A stretch of 64,000 bases of DNA from NCBI GenBank assembly GCA_000182565.2, contig KQ257459.1; one strand, given 5' to 3'. The position numbers were made by a program, and so were the translations under genes. Origin of the DNA: Spizellomyces punctatus DAOM BR117 (Eukaryota). The notes below the pieces were generated by a model. The model saw only the letters and a program-made list of their open reading frames with translations, was not told the origin of the DNA and ran no database searches. Every line of letters begins with the position of its first letter. Positions within the stretch are counted from its first letter, which is position 1. Shown here piece by piece: positions 49,061 through 62,756 of the stretch.

Positions 49061-52000
49061 TCACCACCGAAACATTCCCCATCCACACACCCCAACAACC
49101 AACCACATCACCCAAGCACCTCGCCCCTTTGAAACCCCAACCCCAAAACTCGACCCAACAAGCACTACACCAAACAAGAGTGGTATCTTGCCCACATTCC
49201 ATTGTGGGAATGCGTCGGGGGATGGATCATCATATACAAAAAGCGGGTCATTGAAATCATATTGAGGGGCCGTAAAGTGGTTTAAAAGGGATTTGAGGAA
49301 TGTTACGACGAGGGTTGTGTATTGGATGTAGAGGAGGAAGATGGAGAGGATGCGGAGGAGGGAGATGGCTCCGTCGGGGGTTGGATGGAGACTTGGGGAT
49401 TTTAGCACGGGGGGTGAAGGACTTGTCGAGGGGGTTGGAGGTTGTGTGTTTGTAATGTCGGGCGACGAGGGAGAGACGATTGGGCAGTCTTTGGGAGGAT
49501 AGAATGCGTCCGTGTCGATAAAGACCGCCGAGTCCACCCGGTCTAGATCCTTGGGTGGCAATTCGTGGTCCGTGTCAATAGTTTCGTCCATGGATGATCC
49601 TACAACAGGTGTTTGCATTACAGTGACGACAGATGGAACCGGCAAGTGGAGATGCAATTCCGCATTGACTTCGTTCTCGGGCATGTCGCATATTTCAGGT
49701 GCAATTTCACGTTCTCTAGTAGTATCCTTGACGGGCTCTACATTTGGAAATAAATCGTCTTCAGGCGGAAATTCAATATCTTCTTCATCGGAGGGGCCGG
49801 TAACTTCATCCCAGTTCCACATCAAATCTTGCTGTTCGTCGCTGACATACGAAAACTACAAATTCGAAAATAAAATTTAAGCAACAAGTCCAAAATTACA
49901 AGATAAGCAACACGGAACATACCTCATCCCCCTCCTCTTCACACCTAGCCCGCCACTCCTCATCCTCATCTTCACAGCTCCATTCCGATATCGTATCCAA
50001 AACATGCGGAACAAACGCCATCAAAGCATCCCTCGAAGCCCGGGGCTCAAAATACATTTGGTAAATTCGGCGGTCGTACGCATCGAGACCATCAATATCG
50101 TATTCAGCAGAAGAGCACGAGTAACTACTAATCTCAGAGGATTCATCCCAAGACTCAATGTCGTCGTCTTCTTCTTCCTCATGTGTGTCGAGGGGTATAA
50201 TTGTCGGTAGAAGGAGAGAATCACCTCTTTGGCTCTACGGGTTGAGCAGCCATTGTGTTGATAAACGACAAGACTGCTGCAGTAGGCGGTATACGATGAG
50301 CTCACCTGTCCAAATTCTACCAGATCCAAAGCACCCTGGTCCAGTAATGGATGAGCACGGCGGACCGTGACCATCTCTGCCTCCGTATCTGGTGTATCCT
50401 CATTGCAGGGCGGGTCGTGATCAGATGATGGAATCATGAAGCATTCAATGGGAATGCAGTCTTCTTTGACCGCATTTTGCGCCAAGATTGTTTTCTTCTC
50501 AAGACTGCCTTGTAGAACGGGAACGATCGAATCTATATGCAATTCCTCGGCAGGCCCATCGCGGGTCGCTTCTTCGTCCATGACCCATTCAACTACAGTC
50601 ATGCTGGCCCGCAAGTGGGGGACCACACAGTTTATATTCACGCTTTCCGCAGCAATCGTTTCTGCCTCCATTTCTACACCAGCGTCAGCAGATACAATGC
50701 AGCTGGCGACTTTAGGTAGGATATGATCCGTTTGCAGGAACCTAGTGCTTCCAGTGCGCTCCATCAATGTAACCTCCTCCTTCATCCATGCAATACTACG
50801 TTGTACGGAGGGTACAATCTCGTTATGATAAGGGCTGGGGACATCGTCAAGGATATTTGCATCGTTCTGGAGTTGATGCAGCTCGCTTTTCAAGACGGTA
50901 CTTACAGGTGCAAGATCTACTCGAACTGTTTGTAGAGCGTCCACCGGTATCTCATGAAGGCTGCCCACGTCCAAAGGAACAAGCCACTTTGTATTTAGTG
51001 GGGATATGGCCGCTTCCTTGTAGGCTAGAGCCTCTGGCGTCTTGTCCTGTTGGCAAAGAGCAGCGTTTTCAACTGGGCACATCCATGTTATTTTCGTTTC
51101 CGTGCTAGGGGCAAGTTGTTCCATCTCTACTGCCGCATCGGTTTCCACTGTATTAATGATTGCTTCGGTTGTTGGAAGGATGCAAGAGATGATGACTTCT
51201 TGGTTGGTTTCGAATCTTTCAACACTCTTCTCTGGCGTGGCATCCACCGTTGTCGCATGACCTTGTTGGACATTGAGAATGATGTGCGTGGATGTGGGCA
51301 CTGGTGCCTCGTGAGGACCGCAAGATTGCTCGCATGCTGCCGGGAGGAATGACTGGATACCGTCAAACACCGGGAAAATGTGGGCAATGTCCAAGCGTTC
51401 TGCTGGGGGTTCCAGAACAGCACCTTCTCCAGGCGGGGACTGGACGTCCCACAGGTTCCCCCGTGCCACATTTACAATCGGCGTCAGCGCTATGCTTTGC
51501 ACATTATTCATGTACACTGCGTCGCACGAACTATTGTCGTGCATATTGGACGTCTCTCCAATGGCAACAGGGAGGATGACGTTGGCAGTCACTGTCCGTG
51601 TATGCACCCTATCGACCTGGGCATCGCTGTCCACATCCATATCTGTTAACATCCCAAGAGTCAAAGGAATAAGAAGAGACGCGCGGGTGATAGGCACTGG
51701 TAGCGACTCTCTGGCAAGATGCATTTTAGCAACATCCGTCGAGACAACCTGACCGACAGCCCAAGGCATGTCGATGCCAGTTCTTTCCCCCTGCTGCTGC
51801 TTCCCAACACTCAAGACCGCACTCTTGATATCCACAGCTGAATCGCGCAATTTGAGAATAGGCCTGCCATTCTCGTCATCTTCAGGATCCCATAACGATT
51901 TCAGATCCAATGACTTGCCGTAGATGCTGCGTCTACGGGCAAAGGTGTCGGTGCTTTTACGGTCGAGGGGGACTTCGAGAGGAAGAAGGTGTACACTGGC

Positions 52001-52315
52001 GTCAATGATGGTGCTTTGCGGTCGGCTGGATCGACGTTCGGGTGGGACAGCGGATACAGGTGATTGAACGGCGGGGATGTCGTCACTACCAGTCCGCGAG
52101 GAAGGATTTGACGTTGGATGGGGCAGTGTAAACACTCTTGATAACGGTCGCTGTGGTCTGACATTATTCTCTGCAACGACGACATCAACGCTAAACGTTT
52201 TGCTCAATCGATTCAATCTCGCTTCCAAGACACAAGTCTTTGCGCTTAGTTCCTGGAGTTTCCTGCGTCGTTCTTCATAGACATTTCCACCGGTGACTTC
52301 CGGTCCAGATGACAT
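49061..52315 (-). CDS. Large low-complexity acidic hypothetical protein with C-terminal TM segments, multi-exon
   Basis: ORFs 50021-52315 and 49061-49825 with splice-like sites near 50305 and 49860-49921. Short N-terminal coiled coil; two hydrophobic C-terminal segments. Confidence 0.6.
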
Positions 52316-54429
52316 GGTGGGTCAATCATGCGTACACGACTGTCAAAAGGGACACTAAAGGGGGGGGGGAGGAAACGTCTAAAAATCTGTCAGTGCGTAT
52401 GATGCTTTTAATGTCGTTTTGGCCAGTGAGTGAGTAATGATGAAGAGCAGTGATGGGGCTACGATAAAATGGGCGGGTAACTCTCAAGGAGAAAAAAAGA
52501 CAAAAAACCAAGGGCAGAAACAAAGCAAACGACGACGACGACGAGGAGGAAGGGCGAGGGGGATCAACTCCTAGGTGTGGCTTAGCTTCACACTTGCAGC
52601 GAAACGTCGTGCAAATTGCACACTTGCAAAAATCTGTGTTTTTCTTTTTGGACAATATTTCCGAGCAACGAGATGGAGGAAGAGGACGAGGGATGGGGGT
52701 TAGGCTGCTGTAAAAACCTCCCGTCGCAATGGACATGTCTTTTGTATGTCTTTGTTGATAATATCAATGTACATGTGCATGTACAGATGGCGATGCACAA
52801 CAAAAAAAAGAGGTGATGTTGGTCCAGTCGTCGTCAAGGAAGGGGGGGGCAAAAGCAAAAAAACAAAAAAATCCTTCTCTCTGTGTGTGTTGCTTGCTGC
52901 TGCTGTTTGCTGATTAAAAAATCTTTATGCTCTTTTCCAATTGCTGGTGCATTATCTCTTTTTGTATCAATTTTATCAACGATTTTTGGAACTCCCATCC
53001 CCATTTGGGGATCCATTTGATTATTTGGGGAGTAATTGGAGTCGATTTTCAAAAAGGATGCTGGCAACTGGCATTTGGTAACAATGTGAAATGTTCCAAT
53101 GGGGGCGGGATACTCTTGCAAGCAAAGAAAGTTTGAAACTTTTGGCACATTTTGTATCTTGCCATAGCCGTTGTTGTTCCCCCCTCGAGGCGGGAGGAAT
53201 CTCGCACTTGTGATTTCCACATGGCCATAGGGGTCCTGGTCGTTGTAATCGTCCGAATGCAAACTCACCAGAATAGGGCTGTGCATTTTAGACGCCCGGC
53301 ATGCAGCATACTCCAAATGGTGCTGCTCCCCCGTTGGGGACCGCTACTGGTATATATCCGCCTCTGCACAAATTTACACCGACATTTGCAAATACAGATG
53401 TTTTCAGACGTCTTGACCATGGAAATACATGCATCTGATGTGCGAGATATTTTCAGCTGTACTCGTTCGCCTCTCCGCTTTCAGACTTAATGTCGTCTGG
53501 AGTTTACAGCGGTCGTTGCAGCCGATTGTGGTACTGAACTGGCCCGGTGCTCTCATACTCTTTGCAAAAGGTTGCGTTATCCTGCAAACCAAGCCAGTTC
53601 GACAGGTGCTTTATGAACCCATTGACCCAATTGATGGAAAGACACAGACTACACACTGGCGAAATGTCATCAGTACCATTCACCTTGTTGATCTTCACAT
53701 TTTCCAGCTGGTACACGTTTATTCCGAGTCGGGACAATGGCTTGCTTTGCAGGGTTGATCCATTCAAACAGTTGAGGAAATTCTGTGTCAAGTGAAATAT
53801 AACGCTGACAATGATACCTTGCACTTTTTCAGGAAACTCTTGACGAAATTGTAGAATGCCATGCACTGAAGCATGCGTTGGAGTAATCCCTGGAAAAGCA
53901 CACCTACTCCTGGAAACTTGGAAATTAGTTGAATAAATGCAAGTACACATCATTGCAATCTACATAACCAGTCCCCACTTGTGCATCTTCTTGGTGGACT
54001 TTTCCATGCTTATATTGAACAATATTTGGACTTTGCTCGGGACCCAAGGAAGGACACACTCATCCTGTTCAGCCTTTCAGCACATGTTGTTAAAGCAATG
54101 TTGACATGCATGGTAGCAATCTATGGACATGTAGCACGCAAAGCTGCAGGAGTGGTATTACATCACTGCAATCAGTGAAAACAAGGGTGCTTATCGCCAA
54201 CTGGACTCACCAAATTTATGGTAAGGATGTGTTATCACAAAATAGGACAAGGGCCAGTTGGGCATTGGCAGAATGCAAGGGGGTCCTTGAACCTAGTTGA
54301 AGTAGCCATGGACAATCTGCTGTGACGCACCAAAGATGAATTCCATTTTGATCCACCACCTTTTCGAAAAGACCGTTTTTGAGAAAACACAAAAGACAAG
54401 CAAAAGAATCCTCAAAATGCCTAATAGTT

Positions 54430-55874
54430 TCAACAAACACTTTTAAGAACCCTACACAAGCGCTTACACCCCTCCACCAAAATATTGACATCATAGTACG
54501 CAAAACTCAATCTCAAGCAATTCTGACACGTATCCCCTTTGAGCGAAAACTCTGCGCCGGGTTTAAAGCTCACGCGTTCCTTGACGAGTGATGAAAATAC
54601 TGGGTTTGCAGTGGTAGACGAGGAAAAGAGGGCCTGTTTCAGTTGCGTTGTGTTAATGTGCGGAGGAAGGGTGATCCAGATAAAGTAACCGCCTTTGGGG
54701 GGGACAAAGTGGGCCGTAGGAGGGAGATGGGTTTGGAGGGTAGTAATCATGGCGTTCATGCGTGTTGCGTAAGTGGTGCGGAGGGAGACAAGGTTTTGAG
54801 AAAAGTGAGAGGTTTGAAGAAGAGAGGTGAGAAGGCCGGTTGTCAGGTGGTTTGGTGAACCGCCTAGTGACAATGGTTGAGATATTACGGTTTGGCATGG
54901 TACGAGTCGTGTTGGTTGCTTACCACTGTACATGACACCCGACCCCGCCAGCCGGTTAATGATGCCCGTCGCAGCCTCTATCCAACCCACGCGAACACCC
55001 GGGGCAAATATTTTGCTAAAACTGCAGTTGGAAATCACGTTGCCCGAGCCTTTTAGATCATCATAAGCGACCACCCGCTTTGTAGGCGGTGTCGTAGGGT
55101 CGTAGTGCAATAGGTTATATACATCGTCGCAGACAACCAAGACATTATGTTTGCGGGCCAACTTGACTAGTTGTTCGCGTCGTGTGCTGATAAGCGTTGA
55201 TCCTGTTGGATTGTTGTGATTAGGGACAAGGTAGAGAAGGTACGGGTACCGTCCCGGGGGACACGTGTCGTCCGATTGCGTGGACGAGAGTCTGGAGAGG
55301 GTTTCCGCAACGGCGTCAACCTGGAGTCCGTGTTCGTCGGTTGGGATGGGGATCAAGCGGTCGCCAGAGAAACCATGGTCAGCGAGCATGCGAATAGCAA
55401 GAAAGTACGTTGGGTCTTCGACCAGGAAAATGGTTTTGGAGTAGGTAAAGAGTGTAATGATACTGTGAATAGTCAGGGTCAGACATGAATAAATGAGGGA
55501 ATTCCAAGCGTACACACACTCACTTGAAAAACGACTGCGTGGCTCCACTCGTCACAGCCAAATTCTCATAGTTCACTGGTACATCAGCATACTCTTTGGT
55601 CAAAAACTTTGCCAACTAAAAAAAAAAAAAAACAGGTCGGGTAGAGTTTATCTTGTCATTGAGGGAGGACAAGGACACTCCTCACCTCCACTCGAAATTC
55701 CTTATCCCCCAAAACGGGACCATATTGCAATGCATGGTCCGCATCATCGCGAGCAAACCGTGTCTGAGCTGCGATGGGTATCAACTTTACTGGAAGGAGG
55801 TCAGGCCCTGGTGCGCCATAGTCAAACGATATGAGCGTCGGGTCGTCTGTGATAATCCCATTAGCATGTGGCAT
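54430..55874 (-). CDS. PLP-dependent class I/II aminotransferase (Aro8/YER152C-like), multi-exon
   Basis: ALQYGP, TSGATQ, VEDPTY, NNPTG, DDVY, SFSKIFAPGVRVGW, GGYFIW and CLRLSF motifs across GT-AG introns. Confidence 0.9.
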
Positions 55875-56561
55875 AAATGATCAAGACGACGAGCGGAAGC
55901 CGGTACCTGTCGGAAAGAGAGTCGCATCTTCTTTAGAGTACTTTGCTTGAGCCATGTCCAAAATACAAGAAGTTGGAACACTTTCGATCTTATCTATTGC
56001 AGCATGACGTGAGCATTTGTGCACAGTCACTCTAATTAATGTTTGTCATGAGAGCCCCCCCAACGGCGCGCCACGTCAACCAAGTGTTCCCTGCAAGGAA
56101 GCGTTTTTGATCTCTTTTTTAAAGCATTGAATTTCATCCAAGAGATTTTAGCGAGGGTTTTATCCTTTGGTATGTAAGTGTCCATGTGAGAGTGGGCTTG
56201 TTTTGTTGTATCTTGCGGATTGCTTACTGGTACGGGTCTTTAGATCTCTTTCTATTTTCCCCTGAGCGGATTTGCGTCACTCCTGTTGTTAATAGCGCTA
56301 CATTGTGACAGTATATATTTGTATTTTAGGTACGTTGATAAATGTGTTTATTGTGTGTGAGTGGAGGTTTTGCAGGCGGTAGACTGTGTGGGCAAGGGGG
56401 ACATACTGCTCACTGACACTGATTTCGTTTTGCTCTTTCATCTAGATATTTAGCTAAACGTGTTCTTTAGCGACCATTACGATCTCGTACATCTTTCATT
56501 GAGGATATAGTCTATTTGTCAACAACATTTCGCCATATTACGTCTATCGAATTTCTGTTAA

Positions 56562-57526
56562 ATGTCTTTTGGGGATTTGGAAAAGGGCGCTCCCAGGGCA
56601 TATAATGTTCCATGGGGGGACGTCACCTCTTCATCGTTCTCCAACGGTAAGTTCCACCGGTCTACAATACCATACACAAACGCATAATGTCTGACGTGAA
56701 TAGTAGACTCCGCCCAAGATTCCACCACCTTTGACCGCGCCTCCCACACCATCTTCACCATCTCCAATAATGTCGCAACGATCCAAAAGCTCGTTTCCCA
56801 ATTCGGCACACCAAAGGACACGCACGACATGCGAACGCGGTTACACTCCCTAACAGAAAACACCCGCGACATGGTCCGTCAAACTGGTGCAGATCTCAAA
56901 GCCCTCCTAGGACGCCCACACCAACCCCAAACCCTCCGCGACCGGCAAAGAAAAATGGCGCACCAAAAACTCTCAAAGGACTTTGAAAGCGTTTTGAAAC
57001 GATTCCAAAGTGTTTCGCAAGTAGCTGCTGAAAAGAGTCGGGAGTACGTTACGCTTGCTCGAGCTGTCCAAGCTCACGACGAACACCATGACGACGACCA
57101 AGAAGACTCTGAATCCCAACCTCTCATGTCTCGACAGCGGGAACAGCTTGCAATGTTGGATAATGAGATTGAGTTTAATGAAGCGTTGATTGCGGAGCGT
57201 GAAGAGGATCTGAAGGGGATTGAGCAGAGTATTGCGGAAGTGAATGAGATTTTTAGGGATTTGGGGACATTGGTGCATGAGCAGCAGTATATGCTTGGTA
57301 AGTTTTTTGTCTTACTAAAGTTTTGCTCAAGTTTAATCACTTTTTTTTTGATGTTTTAGATAATATTGAATCTAATGTCCAATCCGTTGAAATCAACATG
57401 GAGAATGCAACAGGGGAATTACGTACTGCGGATCGATACCAACGTGCATCGCGAAACAAGTTGTGTTGTGTGATGGTTGTGGTGGCGATGATTGTTTTGG
57501 TACTGGTTTTGGTGATTGTTACTTAG
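56562..57526 (+). CDS. Syntaxin (Qa-SNARE, Pep12/STX7-like), 3 exons
   Basis: ATG 56562; introns 56647-56703/56706 and 57298-57359. Habc region, SNARE motif IEQSIAEVNEIFRDLGTLVHEQ...DNIESNV, C-terminal TM anchor. Confidence 0.92.
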
Positions 57527-57979
57527 GAGTTAGATGCCCTACTCTTTAGATTTCTTTTTTTGTGCATGTGAGTATGTGATGTATAGTGTTTTTTTTTGGT
57601 GGTGTGGTTGCGCGAAAAGGAAAAGATATGTGATTCATTTGAATGTTCCATTTTTTGTTGGGTACCCGTTTATTTCCTGGCCTGGGCGGAGTGCAATACT
57701 GGAAGAACATGTAAACTTTCGTTCTGTCAATACAGTGTGCGCAGCAACAATGTAAAAGACGTATTCTCGTATTCGTCATCCTCAACTAGACATGCTTATT
57801 AGTCAATTTACGCAAAAAGTAAAAAAAAAAAGACCACGTTCTATCGATACATATTAACATCATTTTCCCGGCCCAAAATCAAGCAACCCTAAGCCAAACT
57901 ATGCACACGGATTCCCCAACCCAAAAAGGTACCATCTGCCAACCATTTACCATTTTTCACAATTATTTAAATAAACACA

Positions 57980-60900
57980 TTACGCTGACGCAGAAACCAT
58001 ACCCGCAAACACGCCTCCACGCTTCACCAACACCCCCGGCTCATCAAACTCGACCACCCGCCCCTTGTCAAGCACCAAAACCCGATCATAATCCAAAACC
58101 GTTCCAACACGATGCGCAATACACAAAATCGTACAATCCCTAAACGCCCGTCTCAACAATTTTTGAATCAACGCATCCGTTTCTAAATCCACATTCGCGG
58201 TCGCTTCATCCATTATCAAGATTTTGGGGTGCCGGAGCAGTGCACGGGCCAGACACACTAATTGGCGTTGACCTACTGAAAGGTTTTCGCCGGATGTGTC
58301 AATACGCGTATCAAGCCCTTGTCGAGCGGAGAAAAAGGGGGTGAGGGACGCTAGTGAGAGGGCATCATGGAGTTGGGTGTCAGTGTAAAGAGAAAAGGGG
58401 TCAAGGTTTGTGCGGAGTGTGCTGGAAAAGAGTGTAGGGTCTTGTGGGATGATGGTTAACCCCCGACGTAAGGAAGCGAGTGGGAGGGTGTGAATTGGGA
58501 TGGAATCAAGTGTGATAGTTCCTGTACAGGGTTCGATGATCCGGAATAGAGAGGATACGAGGGTGGATTTACCGGATCCCGTTCGTCCTACGATACCGAT
58601 TTTGGAGGCGTGCGGGATGTGGAGGGATGGGATGTGGAGGACGGGGGGTTGGTTTGGGTAGCGGAGGGTGAGGTTGGTCAGAGTCAGAGTACCGGTTGTG
58701 GGCCAGGTCGGGGGTGGAGGTGTGGGTGGGGTGTGGGACACGATCGTTATGGAGGGCGTGCCGTCGGGAGTAGCCTTGGACGTTACGCCGTGGGTAACCC
58801 CGTCGATAACATTGGCACTACCACCGGCAGGACCATCAAAAAAGTCGGTGGGCGGCGGAGGAGGAGGGGGAACAGGCTCAACTTCAATCTGATACGCATA
58901 AAACTCTATCCGCTCCACAGCATTCATAGCAATCTCCGTCTCTGTAAACTGCCGTACACCCCAATTCAACGTCTGCGTCACCTGTAACGCATAACTCAAA
59001 CTCAATCCCAAAAGCGCCGGAGAGAGTGCATCATTATCTCGATTCAGTAACCCAAATAAACCCGCAAAAAACACGAGGACTGCACCGAGGGATTCTAAAC
59101 GGACTCCTAACCATCGTTGTGCGGCAACTAATAAAAACGTTGGGGCATTATTCGTGTTGATCATGGTGTCTGTTTGGGATATGAAGCGGGCTTGTTCGCC
59201 GTAGGCTCGGATGGAGGGCGCGCCATGGAGTGTTTCGCCAAAGTGGGCATAAAGTGGACTTCGGGTCGTCGAATCGAGGCGTTTGAGTTCGCGAGACGTT
59301 GCGCGATAGATTTTTTGGAGGAGGTAATAAATGCCGAGAATGGGTACAAGCGGGATGATGAAGAAGGGCGTTGCGTAAACGATGAGTACAAAAGTAGATA
59401 CAGCAACCGCAAACGTGTTGATAAACGTTCGAAAAGAATCCGAAAGGGTCGTATCGATCGTGTCCGTGTCTTTTGAGAAGCGGTTAATGATGCGGCCTAG
59501 CGGTGTCGAATCGAAAAATGATACGGGAGATTGAAGGATACGGGAAAGGGCTGCAGCATGAAGGGTCCGTGAGGCCCGTGTTCCAAATAAAGCGAAAAAG
59601 AGACCAAAGAGGTAGAGGGATAGAGTTTGAAAGATGCCCCAGGCCCAGTAGATCCCGACGTAGGTCTTGGTCGTGAATGATGGAATACGATCATTGGTCC
59701 ATATCACGAGCCAAAAGTCGGTGCCAACGCGTGCGGATTGGATAATGACGAGGAGGACGAGGAGCGGGAGCGTAAAGGAGAGACCACCGGCGGCTTTTAC
59801 ATAGGAGAGCCAGACGCGAGTGTCGACGCTTCCTGTTGCGCGGTCTTCGGTTGTCATGAGGGTGTGTGGGACGTGGGTGCGTGTGATGATGGCTTTGATG
59901 CGTGCGAGCGTTGCTTCTTCGGAGGTGTCTGGTGTTGCCGTTTCATCTAGTGTTGTAAAGTCCTCTACAGTTGGTTTTTCTTTTTGTTCTGCAGGGCTCA
60001 AGTTGTCGCCTAGTGTTGCATTTTCATCCGCTTGCACAAGAGTATTTACGCGTTGATCCCTACTGCCATCATGTCCAGCATCGTCCTCCACTTTGCCCTC
60101 ATCGCCGACTACCTTGTCATCCAACCCTCCAAAAGCCTTCATGAGCCTAGCCATCTCCCCCTCCTTCTTCATCAACTCCTCAAACCCGCCGACCTCAACC
60201 ACGCGTCCCTCGTTCATAACAACTACCATATCACACCTCGGCAAAACCCTTAACTGATGGGTCACCAACACCCTCGTCTTCCCCTTCAAGGCCCCTAAAA
60301 TACACTTTTCAAACAAATGTGCACCGACGTGCGCGTCTACAGCCGATAGTGGGTCGTCGAGGAGAATGATATCCGAGTCGAGATAGATGCATCGCGCGAG
60401 GTTGAGGCGTTGTTTTTGGCCGCCTGAGAGTGTGATGCCTCGTTCACCGATCTGAGTCATGTCGGCGTTGGGGAGGAGGGACAGGTCCGGTTCCAGGGCG
60501 CAAGCATGCAAGGCGTGAATGTATTTTGTTTGGTCAAAGGGACGGGAAAAGGTAATGTTGTTTCGGAGGGTTGTGTTGAGGATCCAAGGTTGTTGGGGGC
60601 AGTAGCCGAGTTTGCCAGAGTACTGAATAGTGCCGGATGTGCGGCGCATTTCGCTGATCAGAGCGTTGAGGAGGGAGGATTTACCGGAGCCGACGGGGCC
60701 AATGATGGCGATGAGGGCGCCTTTAGGGAGTGTGAGATTGATGTTCTGAAGCGTTCCTGGGAGTGGATGACGAGGTTGTATGGTATTGAGATGGATATCC
60801 CCCGTTGTGGTGCCCTGCTCATTGCTGATTTTGCGATCGTTTGCTTGCTGCTTTGCGGCATTATCCTCATCATCACCCTCCTTTTTGGTGGTTTTGTGCC

Positions 60901-62756
60901 CACCATCATCCAGAGTGGTCTTGTCGTACTTGGTAGCATCATCATCACCCTGTTTCTTGGCATCATGACCACCATCTTTCACAGCGCTCTTGGCCCCCTT
61001 GGTAGCATCGTCACCCCCCTCCCAAACAAAACATCCATCCACGACCCTCACCGCAATCTCCTCATCCTCAACGACTCCCGGGAACACATCCAGTTCATCT
61101 GCAAGTAACAACCCCTTGATCCTCCCCAAGGCAACCCTAAAATCGACCAGCGCAACCATTCCCTGCGGCAGAAACATGAGTGGAAACCTCAACTGGCCAA
61201 ACCACGTTAACGCCGGAAAGATTTCACTAGCGTCCAAGGGATGCGTCAAGGCATAAATAATAATGGAGAGGGAGGCGGAGAGGATGGGGATGCCGAATGC
61301 AATGGCGAGGACAAGAGAGGAGAGCGTTGCGCGGTGAAGGAGTTGATTGATTTCCTTTTCGCGAACGGAAGATATTTTAGATAGGAACGACTCTTCCCAT
61401 GCAAAGTACTTTATCAGACGAATTCCCGTGAGGATCTCTTGAGTGAGTTTGACGCGGGTGTCTGTAATGGGGGCAATGGTTTTGCGGATGACGGCGAGTT
61501 TGCGCATGATCCGGGTTTGGAGGGGGGCAACGAGGAGGAGGAGGCCGATGCCTGCAAGTGCCGATGGACCCAGTTGGGTGATAAGCAAGATGGAAATGGT
61601 GAGAATTTGAAGAGGGGCAGTCCACATAACGTGGAGAAACTGAAGAAAAAAGTCGATGCGTTGGGTGTCGGTTGAAACGATGGTCATAACTTTGCCGGGG
61701 TTGAAATCTTGTCTGGCTGCCGAAGAGAGGCGGAGGGTTTTGCGGTAGATGGCGGCGGTCAGAGCTGCGCGCACTGACATACCTTCGCTGCCAGCTACTT
61801 GGAAATAGTAGTTGTTGAGCAGGGAGCCAATCATTTGGAGAACAAAGAGGCCGATCACGTATCCGAATCTGTGTAAAAGAGATGATTGTTGGCTTCCTGT
61901 CCTTTTAAGCCCCTTTGGCACTACCTTTAACAACACCGAAATCCATTTCCTTGTACGAATGTGACCATAGATGCATCCCCGGAAACACACACGCCCAGAT
62001 CCAAAGCAAACCACACAGGAACAAATGCCCCATTTTATTCCAAATACACTCACCCTTCAGCCAACGGTGGGAGTTTGGCCTCTGTCCCATGCTCCCGATT
62101 CTCATCAGCAATAGACTTGCTGGCAGCGACAAACTTTAGAATATATTTGACCATAAAGGGGGAAAAGATTAGGGCAAAGTCGCCAAGGCATTTGGCGATA
62201 CCGATTGGAGCAAGTCTCCAGAACCACGCTCTTCTCATTGCCCCTAAGAATGAGATGAGGTGATGATGAATAGATGAACAGAAGAAAACTTTATGCAAGT
62301 CCGTACTGTACACATGGATGAACCCATTCAACACACAAGTAAATGACTCCACTACTCACGCCACAAGCTCGGCTGGATGGACGTTGAAGGTTGTTGAGAT
62401 GTGATTAAATCTCCCCGTGAACTTCCATCCATACTCTGTTCCTGATGGCTCCATCCGACCTTTACTAATTCCTCTTTCCAGGCATCATCGAGCAAGCGAT
62501 GAACATGCTCTACTTTATAGGTTGGCCCCAATTCCCAGATATCGTTGTGATCGAGAGGGCGTTGCCAACCCACGTAAAAAACGGGATTGAGCCAGGTGTA
62601 CGAGAGACGGCTCCAAAGGGATGCAGTGGATTGAGGGCATGTGTGGGTGTGGCCCCAGTTTTTTGGAAGTTTGCGGCCTTTTTTCAAGGGCGCTGGTGAT
62701 TCTTGATCACTGATATGGATCTTGTCGCTATCCTCCTCTTTTGGTGTCTCGGCCAT
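57980..62756 (-). CDS. ABCC (MRP/Yor1-like) full-size ABC transporter, 3 exons
   Basis: TMD-NBD-TMD-NBD layout: GPVGSGKS, LSGGQ, LLDD; GRTGSGKS, LSVGQ, IMDEATA. N-terminal exons in ORFs 62352-62756 and 62050-62352. Confidence 0.95.

Noticed and set aside
52800-54400. Possible decayed gene in apparently CpG-poor sequence
   Set aside because: No coherent frame or motif; the compositional impression was not quantified.
57980-62053. ORF-track start of the ABC transporter at 62053
   Set aside because: The first ~60 codons are intron (~61872-62054); the true start is upstream at 62756.
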